The notes beneath the pieces were generated by a model. The model did not search any database and was not told the DNA's origin. It saw only the letters and a program-made list of their open reading frames with translations. Position numbers and translations under genes: made by a program. Source: Candidatus Fokinia solitaria (GTDB lineage: Bacteria; Pseudomonadota; Alphaproteobacteria; Rickettsiales; Midichloriaceae). From it: a DNA stretch of 32,000 nt. Shown here piece after piece: positions 27,374 through 32,000 of the stretch. Within the stretch, counting starts at the first letter, position 1; each line of letters opens with the position of its first letter. The DNA lies in the NCBI RefSeq assembly GCF_003072485.1, contig NZ_CP025989.1:690001-722000 (forward strand), written 5' to 3'.

Positions 27374-30300
27374 TTAGATCCCCTCCTCTTGATGAGGCCC
27401 TCCAACCACAAGATTTATCTCCTGTCCGAAGAGATTATCCGGATCGTGTGGCACTTCCTCATAATTAACTTCCTCATGATTAACTTCCTCATTATCGTTA
27501 ATGTCATGAAAAACTTCTTGTACTGAGCTATCCCGATTACTACCATCAGCTTGCGGTACTGCAATATCCCGATTACTGCCAACTTTCCGAGCACCACTGA
27601 CTGGTAAAGGAATCATCCTAGAACTACCGAAATTTGGTATCTCCTCAGCCATAAAGATATTATTTGCATCTCCGATATCAGAACCACTTGCAACACTTGA
27701 AACATCTATATCATCCTCTTTTTGCAATAGTGGTGTAGAGAAAATATCGAAAGAAGAGGTGCCATCATTGTACTTTCTCTCTTCTAAAGAGATTTTATTA
27801 TAAGCGGCTATTTGTAACATTTCGTTATATAATTTCACCCCTTCTGAGGCAATATCTTTAGCATTAGGATCTTTCTTCAACATCTGCATCTGTGCATTTA
27901 ATACAACAATTTTTCTATCATGCTCCAACGATAGATCTTCTATTTTATGCAAATGATCTATACGTTTCTTCTGAAGCGATGAAAAGAGCGCATGCTCTCT
28001 TTTATGAGGCTTTACTTGCAATAAAAATTCTGTTGTTCTGTCGCTTTCATCTGCATATGCACTTTCCTCTTCCTCATACTGTAATCCTAATGCAATCAGA
28101 TCTTTTTTTCGCGCATCTCCTCCTCTTTGAATCTCCTGCAACTTCTGCTTCAATCCCTCAACTTCTATAATCCCTTTATCGAATTTCATCTTTTGCATAC
28201 CTGCATCGCGCACCTCTTCTGCATACGTCACGCCATTAACAAAACTGATGGTAGCAGCGTCAAAATCAGCAGACTTCTGATTACGTAGTGCGATTTGATC
28301 ACCACTATACTTACCATCTACAATTTTCCCTGCACCATCCTTAACAGGTCGTAAGCTTTTGATATATTCTTCTGCAGCATTCAATACATTTTCATACTTG
28401 CTAGATAATGCATCTCTCTCGTCCTTTATAAAAGACGCTGCATCTTGAGCATTTTGATCCAACGTCAATTGAATAGCATTAGATTGGCAATTCAAATCCT
28501 CTCGTTTCCTAACGTTTTCTTCACTCTTCTCTGATAGCTTTTTTTCTTCCTCTCTTATTTCATTAATCTCATCATGCAGCTTATTCATTCTATCAGCAAC
28601 CACTTTTATCTCATCATCATGCACTACACCGTCTTGTATCAGAAGTTGATACTCTTTATCATTTTTAGGCATGCCGTGCTTATTTAATGCTACATGTATC
28701 ACATCATTAAGTTGAGCAGCTAAAATATACTCACGTGCATCAAATGCTTTAGTCAGATAATGTAATAGTTTTCGCATCTCCTTCACTACATTCTTGATCT
28801 CACTCTCTAATACATATTCTTTTCTCTCTAACGTACGTATTGCTCCATCACAAGTTAATAAAGCATTTTCATCATACAATACTCCAAACTGCTTTGCATG
28901 CTGCGCTAGAGTTGTAATTTGCTTGAATTTTTCACGTACTTCAGGGAGAGAAGTGTCTTTACGTATAATTACTTTTTCATAAATTTTGGCAGTTCTCGTA
29001 AAGCCTTTTAATGAAATCACATTTTCCAATATCTTTCTGGCTTCACTATTACCGTAAAGTATAGAATTTTTATTCAAATAATCGCTATTAACTGCAGCGA
29101 GAAAATACTCTTTATCATCTGGACCTAAATGATCGCGACGTAATGGAAGGCACGTAGTACTTTTATACATTGAGATCTTATCCGTTATTTCGAGAAGCTC
29201 TTGCTTTAAACGTTGTTGCTCTATTTTTGATAATTCCACTTGTGCTGAAAGGATATTCTGTCTTTCAAAGCTTTCTGTCTCCTTCCTGAGAATAGCATCA
29301 CCTTCCTTCTCTAGAAGCATACTATTCTCTGCATGCACATCAGCTTTAAATTCATTCTCTATTCGCCACATTTGGTTATCTATCTCATCATAAAATCCCG
29401 GCTCATTGGCTTGAATTTTTAATTTTGCATTATTGGCTATCTCCAGCTTACACTTTACAATAAAATCATTTATCTCGTTTTCTTCTCTATAAGAAGCGAG
29501 ACGTAGCACTTCTTGAGCCCTTACTTGCTCCGATAGCTCTATCATCACTGTTGTTCTGTCAATTACACTCTGCTGACGCACCGCTGCTTTTTCATTCAGT
29601 ACTCTTATACCCTCTTGTAACGCTGCATGTTCTTTCTGAAGATTTAGCAGTTCTTTTGAGTAGCGCGCATGCTCTTCTTTACGCGAAACTTCATCATCAA
29701 TTGGCATTCCAATATCTCTTAACTTTTCCTCCAACAAATTGAGATATAGAGATGATATAATAGGGATATCTGAAGAAATATTAAATTCAACTTTTATAGC
29801 TCGCAACTCGAGTGCTATAATTTTCTCCTGCACAGCTAATATTTCAGCGTCTGAAGCGCCATTGTCTAACAATCTTCTTTTTTCTTGCTGCATTTGCGGC
29901 AATTCCGGATACTGTAAGGTAAACTTCCCCTTCAATGCATTATCATACTGACGATTATTCAGTTGTAATATCACATCTCTTTGCATTAATTTTATTCCTT
30001 GCTCAGATGCTGCTTTTTCTAATGAACTTTTTGTTTGGTCTTTTTGGATCGACTGCGCTGTAATCATGCTTTGTTTTAATCCAATCAGTACTTGCAACTT
30101 CGGATCTTGGAAAAAAATACTGCCTTCTACACTATAACCAGCTTCCATTACTCTGATCATATCATCGACATCTACCATCACTTTATTCACTTTTTGCTCA
30201 TATTCTTTCGAAGTAGATTGAAACTTCTTTGCTAGCACCCTACTCTGCTGCGAAAGAGATGATACTTCTGGTTCTGTTCCTGTCTCTGAATTTGGTATTT

Positions 30301-32000
30301 TCAACTGCGAACCTCCTTTTCGCGCTGAGCTTTGCGAAGTTTGCACTATCTTGCGCTGCATTCTATCATGAAAATCTTTTCTAGCATTACGTTCTTCAGC
30401 GAGTTCAGATATATTCTTCGCTTTCTTGAAAGCATCATATAATTGTTTTTGCTCCGCGCTAAAAGCATTGTCATTCTCGATCATAAGAGAATTTAGCTCA
30501 GATATTTTCTGAGTAAGTGCGATTTGATTTTTGTCTAGTTCTATAACATCTTTATTCATTAGATTAATTTTTTCCTGATATTCTTTCAATATCTCTTGAT
30601 CTGTCTCATGCATTCTCTTGTATTCCTTTTGCGTTTTCTTCATCACAGTATACGTCTGCGTCTCGCTCTGATATCGCTCACTTACTTCTCGTTTTTTTAT
30701 GAGAGATTTGTCCAGCACCTTCATTACTGCGAATTGCCGTATTTCTGGTGACGTTGCTGCTGGCTGTATACTTCCTTCTAATATTTTTTTATTGTTCTCT
30801 AATCGCTGCACATAAGCATCCTGCAGAGGCAGCAGTTTTTGGAGCTTGTCTGATATGATTTTCTTTTTATACGCTTCAGTATAAAGATTTACGCATTCAT
30901 CTGTAATATCTGGGACGCCATGTTTCATCATGTTTATATTATCCGTGCCTATTACTGCTCTCTCCTCCTCCAATATTGCGCCTCGTTCGTCATACATAAG
31001 CTCGAGCTTTTGTTCTGATACAACTATAACATCCTGCACTACCTTTAGCTTCTCGAGAGTCGAATCATGTATTTCCTTTGCCGCATCTACAACGGTTTTT
31101 TCAGTAATCTTCATGATTCCTAATTTCTTCTGACATGCTAGAATAAATGCACGTAACGCAGAATCGTACTCTTGCATTAATACTGCTTCCATCGTCTCGT
31201 CTATTGTATCTTGAGACTGAAACCTTCTAATTTTCACTCTCGATTGATCCAAATCGCTCAAAGCTTTCTGAGTATCTGCATCAGATATAACGGGATTATT
31301 TTTTTGAATTTCATCTACTATGTCGCTAAAATTTGAATCACTAACTGGCTTTAATATTTCTAGCTTTTTTGTATTATCACTTATTTCGTTCGTTATTTCC
31401 GATCGCTTCTTCTTTAGATGCTGCCATCTCTCGTCTTGCTCTAGACTACGAAAAGGACGTTCGTCTAATTCTTTATATTCCACATTCATCGTCTTCAGCG
31501 ACTGCTCATCAGCGTCAACTTTGCGCTGTAAAACTAGTAATTCACTCAAGTTCTGTAACTTTTTATAATAGCCACTACTTGCGGCATCACTTGCATCCTC
31601 AGCATCTAATATCTTTTTCTTCTGGTCAAGAGTATACTGTAACAACTCTTCTTCGTCCATTTTTTTCCCTTTCTCATCCGATACTAGGTCTATTCTCTTG
31701 TCTATTTTTTTTTGCTCTTCTAGATAAAACATGCGAGCAGCTCGCACTTTTCCTATCTCCTCGGATAGCTCATTACCCCCGAACCTTTCATTTATGGACG
31801 TAAGCTCATGCTGTGCTATATCTTGCAGGTTACTCGTCTTTATCGTAGAAAGAGATGATTCTTCCATCTGTATAAGTTGAGTATGTAACGAAGATGCTTC
31901 TTTCTTTATCTGTAGCAGCATTGCACCATTTGACAACGTAACTTCGCCGCCCTCTTTTTTCTCAGCATCTTCTACTGTTTTTAGCTCATTCTCAGCACTT
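27374..32000 (-). CDS. Giant coiled-coil hypothetical protein, at least 1520 aa, open to the right window edge
   Basis: ORF 27374..31936 (TTG called as start) has no in-frame stop between 31936 and the window end (...SAENELKTVEDAEKKEGGEVTL-SNGAMLL). Continuous Lys/Glu/Gln/Leu-rich helical sequence with an acidic, lower-complexity C-terminal tail. The small + strand ORFs inside it look antisense. Confidence 0.85.
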   Translation of the reverse strand, partial: SAENELKTVEDAEKKEGGEVTLSNGAMLLQIKKEASSLHTQLIQMEESSLSTIKTSNLQDIAQHELTSINERFGGNELSEEIGKVRAARMFYLEEQKKIDKRIDLVSDEKGKKMDEEELLQYTLDQKKKILDAEDASDAASSGYYKKLQNLSELLVLQRKVDADEQSLKTMNVEYKELDERPFRSLEQDERWQHLKKKRSEITNEISDNTKKLEILKPVSDSNFSDIVDEIQKNNPVISDADTQKALSDLDQSRVKIRRFQSQDTIDETMEAVLMQEYDSALRAFILACQKKLGIMKITEKTVVDAAKEIHDSTLEKLKVVQDVIVVSEQKLELMYDERGAILEEERAVIGTDNINMMKHGVPDITDECVNLYTEAYKKKIISDKLQKLLPLQDAYVQRLENNKKILEGSIQPAATSPEIRQFAVMKVLDKSLIKKREVSERYQSETQTYTVMKKTQKEYKRMHETDQEILKEYQEKINLMNKDVIELDKNQIALTQKISELNSLMIENDNAFSAEQKQLYDAFKKAKNISELAEERNARKDFHDRMQRKIVQTSQSSARKGGSQLKIPNSETGTEPEVSSLSQQSRVLAKKFQSTSKEYEQKVNKVMVDVDDMIRVMEAGYSVEGSIFFQDPKLQVLIGLKQSMITAQSIQKDQTKSSLEKAASEQGIKLMQRDVILQLNNRQYDNALKGKFTLQYPELPQMQQEKRRLLDNGASDAEILAVQEKIIALELRAIKVEFNISSDIPIISSLYLNLLEEKLRDIGMPIDDEVSRKEEHARYSKELLNLQKEHAALQEGIRVLNEKAAVRQQSVIDRTTVMIELSEQVRAQEVLRLASYREENEINDFIVKCKLEIANNAKLKIQANEPGFYDEIDNQMWRIENEFKADVHAENSMLLEKEGDAILRKETESFERQNILSAQVELSKIEQQRLKQELLEITDKISMYKSTTCLPLRRDHLGPDDKEYFLAAVNSDYLNKNSILYGNSEARKILENVISLKGFTRTAKIYEKVIIRKDTSLPEVREKFKQITTLAQHAKQFGVLYDENALLTCDGAIRTLERKEYVLESEIKNVVKEMRKLLHYLTKAFDAREYILAAQLNDVIHVALNKHGMPKNDKEYQLLIQDGVVHDDEIKVVADRMNKLHDEINEIREEEKKLSEKSEENVRKREDLNCQSNAIQLTLDQNAQDAASFIKDERDALSSKYENVLNAAEEYIKSLRPVKDGAGKIVDGKYSGDQIALRNQKSADFDAATISFVNGVTYAEEVRDAGMQKMKFDKGIIEVEGLKQKLQEIQRGGDARKKDLIALGLQYEEEESAYADESDRTTEFLLQVKPHKREHALFSSLQKKRIDHLHKIEDLSLEHDRKIVVLNAQMQMLKKDPNAKDIASEGVKLYNEMLQIAAYNKISLEERKYNDGTSSFDIFSTPLLQKEDDIDVSSVASGSDIGDANNIFMAEEIPNFGSSRMIPLPVSGARKVGSNRDIAVPQADGSNRDSSVQEVFHDINDNEEVNHEEVNYEEVPHDPDNLFGQEINLVVGGPHQEEGI

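Noticed and set aside
27415-31803. Multiple short plus-strand ORFs across the giant coiled-coil gene, including 31369..31803
   Set aside because: All are antisense to one continuous 1520+ aa frame. The Ser/Leu/Phe-rich translations are what the complement of a Lys/Glu/Gln-rich sequence produces.

Overview
This 32 kb, AT-rich bacterial window holds mostly housekeeping genes with scattered type IV secretion genes (a VirB6/TrbL-like protein with a long hydrophilic tail, and virB8). The gene set resembles an obligate intracellular Rickettsiales-type alphaproteobacterium; the lineage is inference only. Recognisable genes are ftsH, an HlyD/RND adaptor, era, dksA, an RMD1/DUF155 family gene, bamD, cdsA, tadA, a UvrD/AddA-type helicase, a GlnP-type ABC permease, rpsU, tRNA-Cys(GCA), a thioredoxin-fold protein without CXXC, mtaB, radC, a putative outer-membrane protein, mlaA, virB8, lipA, a second outer-membrane-like protein, an MFS transporter, rpmF, thyX and tpiA. 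Both window edges carry coiled-coil-rich ORFs of unknown function: a repeat-bearing 450 aa ORF at the left edge, and an ORF of at least 1520 aa at the right edge that stays open past the window. I found no CRISPR array, prophage, transposase or obvious defence system. The most interesting items are the giant coiled-coil ORF, the tandem-repeat coiled-coil ORF, the VirB6-like tail with its internal 75-bp duplication, the helicase that ends after motif VI with no nuclease domain, an apparent duplication of the first MFS transmembrane segment, and conserved-motif substitutions in TpiA, Era and the thioredoxin-fold protein.
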